A stretch of 64,000 nt of DNA from contig NC_092678.1 in NCBI RefSeq assembly GCF_964355755.1, positions 9,192,422-9,256,421 on the forward strand, written 5' to 3'. Made by a program: the position numbers and the translations under genes. The stretch is from Antedon mediterranea. Its lineage: Eukaryota > Animalia > Echinodermata. Every line of letters starts with the position of its first letter. The first letter of the stretch is position 1. Shown piece after piece: positions 36,583-48,103 of this stretch. The notes beneath the pieces are model-generated. The model made no database searches, was not told where the DNA came from, and saw only the letters and a list, made by a program, of their open reading frames with translations.

Positions 36583-39308
36583 ATCTATAAATCTAATGAA
36601 AAATTAATTTATTAGAAATTAAACTTTAAACAAACAAATTATTTTAATAACGGCAACAATTTTCAGAGGATATTTTTTATAGCATGAAATCTAATTTTAT
36701 TTTGATACACTGTAGTATACTGTATTCAAAATGTTAAATACTATCAACTACCTGTTGGGGTGTCAAACAACAATAAATCATTTAAATATTCTTGTTATAA
36801 TGTAAAAAAATAATCTTATAACTAGATTTAATTCGTCACTATGATGAATTATAGGTTTACATGCATAGATTTAAATAAAAATAATTGATTTTTAAAAGAT
36901 ACATTGATTGATTTTGTCAGAATCTTTATAATTATTTATAATTTGTGAAGATAGGATCTTGCTAACGCAAATACAATAGCCGGTATCATAATCCGATCAA
37001 AGATCCCTCTGAGTATAATATATAAACCACATTTGTTACATAATAATAAAGACATAAGTTACTAGATTTCATTATAAATCATGTGTATAATCATGGTATA
37101 ATCTATACACTAAGAAATAAAATTGAACAAACAATATGAAAAAAAATGTTATTTCATTTCGTTTCTCAAGTTGAGACTCGATTTTGGTAGACAATTCTTG
37201 AAATCGCCTTTAATGTACTCGAATTTCATCGAAAATCAATTTTGAAAATTGTAAGCGCACCGTACCTACGCATAGCATTGCCATATGATGAAATATATGA
37301 CCTGAAAATTATGAGTACCAAATTTGTTAACAATCAAAGTAAGAACACAAATGATCGATCTGCTGTTGTTCAATACTCATTGTTCTCCTATTAAAAGAAC
37401 TATGGGCGTTCCATAGATAGTCTCGTTTGGTTTCAGTTTTTGTTGCTAAATTTATCGTTTTTTTAAACATAAATTTGGAAGATTTTTGCTATCAAAGTTG
37501 TGTTTTCATAATTACGACTTGGCCCTGAGACGATTCGGCACACTCTATTAAATTTATTGGCTTTGATATGCATTTTATAAGCATAAAATAAGCTTTTTTC
37601 CCCAAACTTTATTTTTAGAGAGACGATAGAATAAAGATGCAATAAAACAAACATTTTGAAAACAATTGTCGTATTCGATTGGGAACTTTCGTTGTCAACG
37701 TAAAGATTCGTTGAGTACTTTTGTAAATTTGTGCTCAACAGAAAGTCATTCGAATAGAAAACGTTGACAACGAAAGCTTTTTCGTTAAGAACAATCTCAA
37801 CGCTCAAAATACTCCGTTAAAGAAGTACTCAACGGAAAAACTACTCAACGGTACACTCGAATACGACAATTGCCGAAAATTGTTTAGTCACGCGAACGAT
37901 GTAAACAAGTTACGCCCTCTGTTGGCCGCTTGGCGAATGCACGAAATAAACAAGGTTTTCGAAGTAATAAATTGAATATAATAAAATTACGTTTTTTTAG
38001 TAATTTATTATACATATTATATCAACATTGTCAATATCAATAAATACGGATTGTTAAACACCTTTAAAAACTTGATAAATACCAAACAAAATTAATATGA
38101 ATTTGGTCTAAAGTGAGACGTTTCGGCCCACAAAGTGGGATGCTTCGGCCCACTTTTGGGCCGAATCGTCCTGGACCCACTCGTCCGTACGGGTGTACCG
38201 CACTCGATCATGGGCTGGCTCATACCCATCATGGGCTGGCCCGTATCATGTTTAATACTATTTTAAGTATATTTATAGTACATTTAAACCCAGTTTTCAG
38301 ATAATGATAATTATAATGGCAAAACCTACTGACCTAAAAAGTATAATAATAAATTATGTTAGCACAGCTTCGACCGTATTTAATTTGAATCGGTCTAAAA
38401 ATCGGCATTCCGAATTTATTTTGAAATTGAGGGCGACAAACATAAAATGTACGAGTCGAGCTCGATCGAATAATATAGAGAGGTTTCGCAATCTTACGAA
38501 TACGATAACGAAAACGGATACGTCACGCACACGTGTTCGTTTTCGTAAGCCATACAAAAATCTGTTTCGCATGGCAACGAAATATTGAGGCGCGTTCAAA
38601 ATATGACTGCGGTAAATTTGAGCGAAGCGCGCGCAGGACAGCTTGATGCTTGGCTGCCTAGGCCTAGCGTAACATCAAAGCGAGTGAGGACTTTAAAAAC
38701 TGCTATTTATCAAAATTGACTTGGCATTTTAGTAAATAGGGAGGTTTCGCAACCTTACAAATACGATAACGAAAACGGATACGTCATACATTTGTGAAAC
38801 TTTTGAGCTGATGCCCATTTCATATTCGTAAAGCGTATTCGTGTTGACGAATATCACCAGTCATATTCGTAACTACTACAAACGAGTATAGTTTTTGATC
38901 TATTTTGCACATTTTGCATTTGAATTAGGAATGATTCATGATTATAATATAATTATAGATTTATTGAAAGTAATTTACTAATTAAAGTAATTTACTAAAA
39001 TGCCAGGTAAATTTAGATAAATAGCAGTTTTTAAAGGAATGCAGTATTATTTCTTTTAAAATGTGTAGCATTGTAGATATAATTCATATAAAACGAAGTG
39101 CGGTAAAAATTTTTTGAAATTTATTGTTGTTTAGAGTAAAATCGATTTTGAAGTGTAGATTTTTCAAAAAAACCGCGGATTCTCTATGAGCCGCCATGTT
39201 TAACACGAAAACGAGGTTGTGACGTCATTGGTTTGACAGAGAAAATCATCCAACTGTGAGACTGCCCGTAGAGCGTGGATGCCTATATATACACAGAGCT
39301 AAATTAAG

Positions 39309-39845
39309 ATGAATCACGGATTACAACCTTACCAATTAGAACCCAGAAGAAGAAGAAGAAGAAGAAGAGATGTGGAGGAAATAGAAGGTTTAGATAATAT
39401 TGTCGCACATGAAGGAGAAGATATAGAATGGAGGAAAGTAAACAAGGAGGAATGGTGCCAATGCGGACGGTGTGAATTGATGGACACTGCTGTGGAATGC
39501 CTTTGTTGTCGGGAAATTGAAAATGTACGAGCGAAGATGAACATAGGATCAGAAAACGAAATGGCATGCATTTTAGACCATTTTGAATTCGAATTTGTAT
39601 GTTTACATCCTGCAGTAATTAGAACTGCACTTGTTGCCCGGACAGACATTAGGCGAGACAGCATCGTTGACCCGATCCCGAACGAAACATTTCGCCTTCA
39701 GGCGTACAGGCAGTTCACCTACTGGGTGCATGACCGCCTTGGTAAAGCCGTACGACGAGTCATCCCAGCCTGCGTCGTAAACAAAATCAGAAAGGACTTT
39801 CCTAGCATTGATGGAAATTATGTTGGATTTAAAGAAGTCGAATAA
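39309..39845 (+). CDS. KolX / P2X7 intracellular ballast-like (nanor-like) Zn-cluster protein
   Basis: Intact 178-aa ORF: PYQLEP, WCQCGRC, ECLCCRE, CILDH, RLQAYRQF, RRVIPACVVNKIRKDFP, GNYVGFK. Confidence 0.9.
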   Translation: MNHGLQPYQLEPRRRRRRRRDVEEIEGLDNIVAHEGEDIEWRKVNKEEWCQCGRCELMDTAVECLCCREIENVRAKMNIGSENEMACILDHFEFEFVCLHPAVIRTALVARTDIRRDSIVDPIPNETFRLQAYRQFTYWVHDRLGKAVRRVIPACVVNKIRKDFPSIDGNYVGFKEVE

Positions 39846-40527
39846 ATCGAATGGTATCAAGATGTTAATTCATAACATTTAATTATCGAATGCATCAAAT
39901 AGTAACATTTTTTATAGCTAGGCTATGCCTACCTAGTTAGGCTAAATAAAAGCCATTTCCTTGATTATAAATTTTGTAATAGACATTATTAATATACTGT
40001 AACAAGAAAGAAGGGCGATTTATTTTAATTCACTTAACAAGGGTATGTAAATAAAAATTAAAAGCAACAAACAGTAACAAGTGTTTTCTGTTTATTATTT
40101 GTATGCAAGCATTGTATTAAAAGCTGTTCCAAAACAGGGAAGAATCAAATCCAATCAAAATGTAGTTATTTATCATCTGGCCGGCCAAATATGTGAAATA
40201 TAATTCGCGAATATAATTAGACGTATTTTGCAGAAAGTTACTGAGCGTCATCTTACAGCAATTGCACAACAACACAATAATTATTATAATAAACATTTTT
40301 GCATCGGTAAAATTAGTTTATTCACTATTTTCAGAGAATTTCCTTCAATGCCTTTTTTTTATTAATTCAACCAAAAACTATACACTAATAATTGCATCAA
40401 GAAAATATTTAAGAAATTGTATTTATAGTAATATAATATGTAAGGTTTCATCTTTAGCAGTTTAAAAAGATTTTTTTACAAAACAAAATAAGCATAAATT
40501 AGCTTTGTTGGTTTTAATGTAAACACA

Positions 40528-43500
40528 CTATGAAAGCAGAAACCTAGTTCTAAAATCTTCAATCGCATCTTCTTTCTCTGGTTTCTCAGAAGAAGCAATG
40601 TTTGTTGGAAGATCTGGTCTGTCTACATAACGTTGACCTAGAACTATAGCGCTATCTTCACGTCGGTCACACACCATTTCCATCAGTCTCTTTCTAAATT
40701 CGAAGGTTTTGTCTACATAAATTTTCTTCAATACCCACTGCTTCTTGCGTTTGGGAAATGCCAGTCCAAATCGAAGAGTGCCTGTTAGGAAATGCACATA
40801 ATTATTCCTCATTGTAAATATGTCTTTATAGATTACTAATCAACAAATTAAAGAAGCTTTTATAAAACTACTTACCTTCCTCAGTAGTTGCTTGCTGTCT
40901 ACCAACATTCTCATTGTGGTCCATAATTGCCAATTGATGACGGGCTCTCATGCCTTCATAGCTGAAGTGTTCCCTCTTTGGACAATATTTTAACAACATC
41001 CCATGAAAAACCTCTAGCGATCCTGTAAGAAGGTTAAGCATTAATTTTATTATAAAAATTGTTATATTATAGTGTTTATTATTGTATGTTAAAGAATGTA
41101 GTATAGCAGGGCTTCTTTTGCCTTTAATTTATTCGAATGATCCCAGAGCAAAAATAGTACATTTCATATATCTTTTTACATACATACCTGTGTGTTTAAA
41201 AAGTGCCATCTTGTGCATATCTTTTAGTAATTTAGTGTTCATAACAACACCCCGAAGTGCATCATGAGCATCGCTACCTGGTGTCAGCCATTCAATTTCA
41301 TGCATGTCCTCCAATAGTGGGTCGTGACTGCACTTGTGGAATTTATCTGCACTAGCCCATTCATGGATGTTGCAGACGTGCTGTAGTAAAGAAAGCCACT
41401 TGTCCTTAAGGTCCTAAAAGTGAAATATAGTATAAACTATTAAATGAAAACTATTAACATAAATGAATGTTAACATAATAATCAATAAGAATGTACAACA
41501 CATACTGTACTTCAATACAGTATACACAAACAAATCGTGATAAAAAAACAGCTTTAATATAACTTACAGCATAATCGCCATTGCAGGAAGCACAGCACCA
41601 CCACAGATGATTTTTTATGGACGGTATCCAAAATCTAAGGTCTTCGCAACCTTTCTTCTTCGATTTTTCTCTAAGCTTCTTGGTGACGCTTTTAACAACA
41701 TGAAAAATGTCAAACTCATGTTTTAATTCGGGGTAGTTCTTATTCATGTCACTTGCAATTTGGACATGTCTATCTGTAGTCACTCCCACGACATTTACAT
41801 CTTCCTCTAGAAGGTAGTCAATTGCCCTTGTGAAACCGACTCGCTCCATATTTGTTGAAGCTTGGCCTGGCGCTTCCGATACTTGGACAAGCTCAAAATG
41901 AATAATGAGCTCACTATTCTCCTCCATCAGAGAATATCCCAAATACTTAGCACTATGGCCAGGCGTGTCACTGCGCCCATCCCCACCAACGAAAATATCT
42001 TGGTAGCGAAATGCATCTATCCATATACCATGGTTTTCATTGTACAGATCATTTATTACAGGGAAAAGGTAAGACCTCTGAATATTGTAAAAATGTTTTT
42101 CTGAAAGCATGTGTAGTTTCATAGTGGTTGCAATGTCAAACATTTTTTGGTATGTGCCACCTGAAAACAAAATCGATGCCGCTAACTCAAGGTTTCCCTT
42201 TGCCATGTTTCGCACAAGTGGTTGTGATTTCCACCTTCCTCTGTGATTGTTGTGGCATGTCCATTCAAATACAATCATTGTTCCCCGGTACAGTTTATGT
42301 ATTTCTAATAGACTACCACACTCTTGGCATGTATTAAAAAGATGGTCCAATGACGACTCATAGACGAGGAAGACTCCATCACTCTTCTTTCTTTCAGCCG
42401 TATTAGTTTCAGAGTCACTATCAGAGCTGCTCGGTGAATATGAGCTATCAGAATCAACATCTGAAAAAGGCATGTTAGATAGAAAAAAATTATTTGATAT
42501 TTTCAAGTACAAAAACCTCATCTTTTTTTTTAAAAACCATTCAAATCTTAGCTTTCTTGGTCATAAACAAATAAATGTATTGTAAATGTGCCCATAGTTT
42601 TGAGTTGCAGAACAAATAGTAAACATAAAAAGAATAAATAGTACCTTCATCACTGTCATTATCAGAATTATCTACTTCTGAATCTTCTTCTTCTGGAACT
42701 TGTGGTATGTTTTGTGGGATGCTGGCTGTACTTGAGGCCGATGGACATTTGCGAGTTTTGGCTACAGACTTGGGCTTTTTTTTAAACAGCTTCACATAAC
42801 TATGATCATGCTGGATCTTTAGTGGATCTGCGAAAGTGTCTGTCTGGAATGTACAATTGTAATATTTTGATAAAAAATAGCATTTATATGTAACAATCAT
42901 TGCATTCCATTATTTATTAAGAGCCTTATTTGTATACACTTACTTGTGTTGATGAGTTGACCTTAGTTACTTGTCCACATTTACACCCTTCCGAAAACAA
43001 AATCTCTGGCTGAATTACTTCTACCGAATCTCTTGGTATTGATGTTTCATCTAATTCCACTTGGCCCATATCCAAAACTTTCTGAAAATGAATGCATAAG
43101 TTAACCATAATCTGCATGTTAGACTTGATGAAGACATGAACAAAATACTCGATGTTACAAAAGCCAAGTGTAGCACCTGATGATCCAAGAGTAATTTTTA
43201 TCACCTTAACTCAACTTCATTCATGAAACAGTAAAATGTTGAAATTTATTTTATATCTACATATTTTCATTTCGTTTTGTGGGAAGATGTTATTTTTTAA
43301 CATAACTAATTAACACCACTAGGCCTAGCTTTAAAATTAAGGGCAATCAACTCAGAATACACAAGCCGTCTAGGCCTACTCCTACTACGGCAGTGCTGGC
43401 TAAAGCAGCTAGCCGCCTAGTTTAGTTAGAGGAGAAGAAAGAGAAGGGCCTCTCGCCTATCTATAGGCCTAACTAGAGCCTGTTTATAGTTTAATAAATA

Positions 43501-43951
43501 CACAGTATTTTAATTATAATTATCAACAGAGCCGCGCATTATTATTTATATTTTGCTGTAGATTTTCGTAGCTTACCTTTTTAGGCCATCGCTTTTGTTC
43601 CATCAATTTTTGACGATCTTGTCTTCTTTTCGATGCTTCGCTGGCAGGTTTGATATGAGCAAGCTGTGTTGGTACAGCGTCCGGCTTTAATCATAATCGC
43701 CTTGTTGGTTTTCGACCGAGTGACACTTTCACAGAATTGTCTTCAAACATATCTTTCTCAAAATGTTCACTACACACTCGAGAATGTACATTTACATGAG
43801 GATTCTCTAACTTCAAAGATGCCACCCACTTACGAAGTAAATCTTTATTGTGCAAAGGCAATCGATGAAAGCTGACGTTAACTTTGTTGGTAGATTTCCT
43901 GTCTTTCCTACTTGATGCATTACTGCAACCGAAAGCCATACAAAATACCAT
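40528..43951 (-). pseudogene. Kolobok THAP-DDE transposase, 7 exons, about 743 codons, with one in-frame TGA
   Basis: Exons 43951-43577, 43081-42944, 42843-42645, 42460-41568, 41413-41188, 41022-40876 and 40781-40528, all GT-AG with consistent phase. THAP C..C..W..CSEHF..AVPT; HDHSY; CQEC..CHNNH; GDGRSD, TDRH, DIFH, GSLEVFH. TGA at 43693-43691. Confidence 0.88.
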
Positions 43952-44855
43952 AATTTTTGCTGGACGTACACGGTTACTACCGTTTAAATTAATAAATAAA
44001 AAATCAGCATACACTATAAAACGCAAAACTTTGAAGAAACGGGAAAAAAGCGAGAAATTACGGTGAAAATTAGCTGGACAAATACAGTCAACTGACACTA
44101 CAGTGATATTCGCACGTGTACAAAGTATACGAAGATCCCGGATGAAGGGACTTCCGCCCCACCACCGATCGTAGCTTCCTGGTTTTTTTCCAAGATGGCG
44201 GAGCACCATTACCGTGGAACAAAAATAACTAAAAAATCGGATTTTTGCTATTGGTTTCAACTTTTTAATTTATCCTTTGTTTATTTTTATATACATTTTA
44301 CTATATACACTAGTTTAAAAGAAATAATACTGGATTCCTTTAAAGTCCTCACTCGCTTTGATGTTACGCTAGGCCTAGTAGGCAGTCAAGCACCAAGCAA
44401 CACATACATTCGCTTCGCTCAAATTTACCGCAGTCATATTTTGGAGGCGCCTCAATATTTCGTTGCCATGCGAAACAGATTTCTTTATGGCTTACGAAAA
44501 CGAATACGTGTGCGTGACGTATCCGTTTTCGTTATCGTATTTCGTAAGATTCGAAACCTCTCTAATTACTTTAGTAAATTACTTAATAAATCTAGTATTA
44601 TATATAATCATGAATCATTCCTGATTCAAATGCAAAATGTGCAAAATAGATCAAAAACTATACTCGTTTTGTAGTTACGAATATTACTGCAGGGAGTTGT
44701 TTAAAAATATTATTATATTATTTTACAAACTGGGGATATTCGTCAACACGAATACGCTTTACGAATATGAAATGGGGATCAGCTCAAAAGTTTCACAAAT
44801 ATGTATGACGTATCCGTTTTCGTTATCGTATTCGTAAGGTTGCGAAACCTCCCTA

Positions 44856-45317
44856 AAGCGTGGTTCCCACTAGCGACGCAAGGTAACTTGCATAAATACT
44901 TGCATAGTCACCAAATGTTTTACAGCCATGTTTACTGAATCCTATAGTGTAATAAGCTTGGTTCCCACTAGAACGTAACGCAAGGACGTAAACGCAATGC
45001 AAGTTTTTTTAAGCTTGGTTCCCACTAGAACGTAACGCAAGGACGTAAACGCAACGCAAGCGTTTTAACCAATGAAAAGCGAAGTTATAGACAGTTAGCA
45101 ATCACAAGCGAATAAGCCATCGCTTGTGATTGGTCAATTCACTTGCGTTGCGTTACGTCCTTGTGTTGCGTCGCTAGTGGGAACCACGCTTAACCAATGA
45201 CAAGCGAAGTTATAGACAGTTAGCAATCACAAGCGAATAAGCCATCGCTTGTAATTGGTCAATTCACTTACGTTGCGTTACGTCCTTGTGTTGCGTCGCT
45301 AGTGGGAACCACGCTTA
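44856..45317. mobile_element. Cluster of rearranged palindromic Harbinger-like MITE copies
   Basis: agc(g/t)tggttcccactag three times, then ctagtgggaaccacgct twice; related fragment at 8105-8167. Confidence 0.75.
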
Positions 45318-45588
45318 ATACAGGAGGTGGCGTAAGCAAAAAAAAAATGTGCTCTTCCTGCCTCGACACTAAGGCACTGCCACAGCCTTGGGGTCGTTCC
45401 CATCACATCGTCAAAAGATGCATTGATATTGCCTTCTCAAGATGTGTGGTGGCGTATAATTCTGTGAACCCCAAACACAGTTGTCGAATACCTTTAACTA
45501 TAGCTCTATTCCACCGACCGGCGTGGGAATCGAACCCACGACATACGTGTTGTTTACACGACGCTCAGACGACAGAGCTAACTGGTCA
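45318..45588 (-). mobile_element. tRNA-derived SINE (family 2)
   Basis: Reverse complement has tagctctgtcg and ggttcgattcc boxes; matches 52063-52316. Confidence 0.7.
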
Positions 45589-45770
45589 TTTTGGATTTAA
45601 CAAGGTTAATATGATATGTATGGCGTAATGATGAATTACGTAATACACATATAAATGGACTATTATCAGCTGTTCAGTCATGTACTACTTTGTGACTCAA
45701 CGGGTAATGCTCATGTTTGAGTGCTCTCATCTGGGTTCAAACCTCTACGGACGGATATATATATATATAA

Positions 45771-46579
45771 ATTAAGTTAAATCTAAATTACAAAACAAAG
45801 ACAATGAATCAACTGGAACATTCAAATGTAATAGAAATAGATGTTCAACATGTAATTACGTTTCATGTTCAAACCAAATAGTAGGACCTTCTGGTAATTA
45901 TGTTATCACAGATCGTATTACGTGCACCACTAGAAATCTAGTTTATTCTATTTCGTGTACTAAATGTAATATACTTTATATTGGTGAAACTAAACGCAGG
46001 TTAGGTGATAGGTTTGTAGAACATTTAAGGTCTATTAAACTAAAGACTCCCGGATTACCTGTAGCCACCCATTTTTGTAATAATGAGCATTCCCTTTCGG
46101 ATATTACAATTTCTGGTGTTAAAGTATGTAATGGTTCTGAGACATCTCGTAGAATTATAGAAGAAAGAATAATTGTAAAGCTTGGCACTCTTGCCCCTAC
46201 CGGCATAAATGTACAATTTAGATCCTCTAAACATTAATTTTGCCAGAGACATTCACATATTAACAATTGTTTACACTTGAAGCTTTTGTCTTTGTTTTAA
46301 ATTTACTGCTTTATAAGCAACCATTCCTGCTTTGTACCCCATAGCTTTTGGAGGCGTGCCTTTATAACTATGCCTTTTGTTTTTTAACATCTTTGATTGG
46401 CTGATTTGTTTTATTATGTAATTTTGTGACTTATATATGTTATCCTTTGTTACAATTCTTTTCACCTGATGATGGGCTATGCCCGAAACATGTCGTAAAA
46501 ATAAATCTATATTGAGGCAGTTTTAACTTATTTGATCTTGATTTTTTTCTATATTCAATTCTGCCTATGCAGCTCTTTG

Positions 46580-46582
<3 letters not shown>
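45771..46582 (+). mobile_element. 5'-truncated Neptune-type Penelope-like element inserted in (TA)n
   Basis: Open frame 45776-46237, absent from the ORF track: KCNRNRCSTC..CTTRNLVYSISCTKCNILYIGETKRRLGDRFVEH..VATHF..E..LGTLAPTGIN; hammerhead downstream; TA repeats on both flanks. Confidence 0.9.
46459..46500 (+). ncRNA. Minimal type I hammerhead ribozyme
   Basis: ttttcac-CTGATGA-t-GGGC-tat-GCCC-GAAAC-at-GTC-gtaaaa; palindromic ACATGT in helix III. Confidence 0.8.

Positions 46583-46627
<45 letters not shown>
46583..46627. repeat. (TA)n microsatellite
   Basis: Direct reading. Confidence 0.95.
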
Positions 46628-46629
<2 letters not shown>

Positions 46630-46879
46630 AACAGAAAATAATTAATATTGTTTTTCTTATTATTTTCTTTTAATTTTTTCTTATATTTTGAGGGCTGTAA
46701 ATGTCAGGCCTAAACAAGTGGACCTTTTTAAAAATAGGGTAGGATAGGGGTTGATAGTTGCTTTTGCCTTTTTTTACTTTTCTGTTAATTGTTATATTTT
46801 ATATTGTGAAGGATGCACCTTTGTGCTAAGTGTGCCACCGATCTAAAGGTGTAATTCCAAATAAATAAATAAATAAATT

Positions 46880-47723
46880 TAGATAAGACTCTAAAGTATT
46901 CTGAGATATCACCAGTTATGCCATGTTGTTTTAGGTGATCGCCTATAATACTTTTGTTATGTTCATTAATGCGTTTGTAAAGGTGTCGGCAAGTGTAACC
47001 GACATAGTTTGTATCACACAAACCACATTGAAATTTGTACACAACGCATTGTGAATTAATGATTCTGGGTTTCATTTCTTTAGGTTTTAAGGTGTCACCT
47101 ATCTTACGACTAGTAAATACTGGTAACATATCATTTTCAATCTTCGCACTAAGTTGTTTAAGTTGTTTAGTAACCGTGTTACAACAAGTTTGATCCTTGT
47201 ACGGTAGTACAATCCTAATAGGCTGGGGAGATTCATCAGTTAGCATATCTTCATTAGTATTACTAGGAGTCACACAAGTATTAATGGATTGGTTGAAAGC
47301 CTTAACAATATTACTAATAAGATCTAAAGGATAATTCAACTTTTGAAAAATCTTAGTTACATTATCAACCTCTGATAGGAAAATGTCATGCGTAGATGAC
47401 AATTTGTAGGCCCTATTAAGCATTGTGTGAATTAGATTACGTTTATGTTTGATATCCACATGGCTATCATAATGTAATAATAAGCCTTTATTAGTGGATT
47501 TTTTATATACTTTGGTTTCAAGAGATACATCGTTTTTTGAGATAGTCATACCTAAAAAATTTATTGAGTTATCTCTAGAAATTTCCATTGTAAAATCAAC
47601 GGCATCGTGTGAATTGTTCAAAGTGTTCAAAAAATTCTGTGCTGAAACCTGGCTTGGCATGAATACGATTGTGTCATCAACGTAGCGACGATAGAACTGC
47701 GGCATTTTTTTAGGCTCCTCCAC
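46880..47723 (-). pseudogene. Penelope/Poseidon-type RT plus GIY-YIG fragment
   Basis: YRRYVDD, FTME, INFLGM, VYKKSTN, VVYKFQCGLCDTNYVGYTCRHLYKRINEH; truncated at both ends. Confidence 0.9.
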
Positions 47724-47848
47724 TTTATATTTATATATTTGTAAAGTGAAATAAATAAATGAATGAATGAATGAATTATTTATCCGTTTTTAGTATAATC
47801 TGGCATAATTTTGTGTTTTTGAACAACTAAAAAAATAATACACAACAC

Positions 47849-48103
47849 GGTCTCCATCTAAACCAACTAGGCACTGCTGCTCTTCTAAAAAGCATCAACA
47901 AGCAAATTGAAATACTGCCAACACGTAGAGTCACTGATAGTTCTTATGTTCATCAAGGAGCAAAATCCCGACGATGCCACTTCTGTGGGGAAACTGGACA
48001 CAATGGAAGAGTTTGTCGACATGGCCATTCTATTGTCTGCTGGGACTGTAACACACCAGGACACAAATCAAAATACTGTGATATGAAATTCAACAGAAAC
48101 TGA
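47849..48103 (+). CDS. LINE ORF1 C-terminal fragment (esterase-like GLHLN motif plus two CCHC knuckles)
   Basis: Manual translation: GLHLNQLGTAALL..CHFCGETGHNGRVC..CWDCNTPGHKSKYC..RN*. Confidence 0.75.
   Translation, partial: GLHLNQLGTAALLKSINKQIEILPTRRVTDSSYVHQGAKSRRCHFCGETGHNGRVCRHGHSIVCWDCNTPGHKSKYCDMKFNRN

Larger units (their letters stand above)
39035..44339. mobile_element. Complete Kolobok DNA transposon
   Basis: 26-bp TIRs AGGAAT(G/C)CAGTATTATTTCTTTTAAA with one mismatch; TTAA TSDs at 39031-39034 and 44340-44343; two convergent genes. Confidence 0.93.
38738..44563 (+). mobile_element. Inner MITE copy (opposite orientation, AAT TSD), split by the Kolobok element
   Basis: aat|AGGGAGGTTTCG ... 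CGAAACCTCTCT|aat; its arms are reverse complements of the outer arms. Confidence 0.8.
38477..44854 (-). mobile_element. Outer PHIS/Harbinger-type MITE, split by a second copy of its own family
   Basis: Arms 38477-38737 and 44564-44854; termini AGAGAGGTTTCGCAA and TTGCGAAACCTCCCT. Confidence 0.8.

Noticed and set aside
38304-38599. Paralogous small ORFs (APQYFVAMRNRFLYGLRKR, also at 44195-44674)
   Set aside because: Chance frames through two copies of a non-coding MITE arm.
39309-39845. A host P2X7 receptor gene
   Set aside because: No channel or ectodomain exons are present, and the ORF lies inside transposon TIRs.
43691-43693. Selenocysteine codon
   Set aside because: The position is not a THAP Cys ligand and I saw no SECIS element.
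43952-44260. N-terminal 103 aa of the 189-aa ORF
   Set aside because: THAP domains start at the N-terminus (MVFC at 43951); the upstream part is subterminal or promoter DNA.
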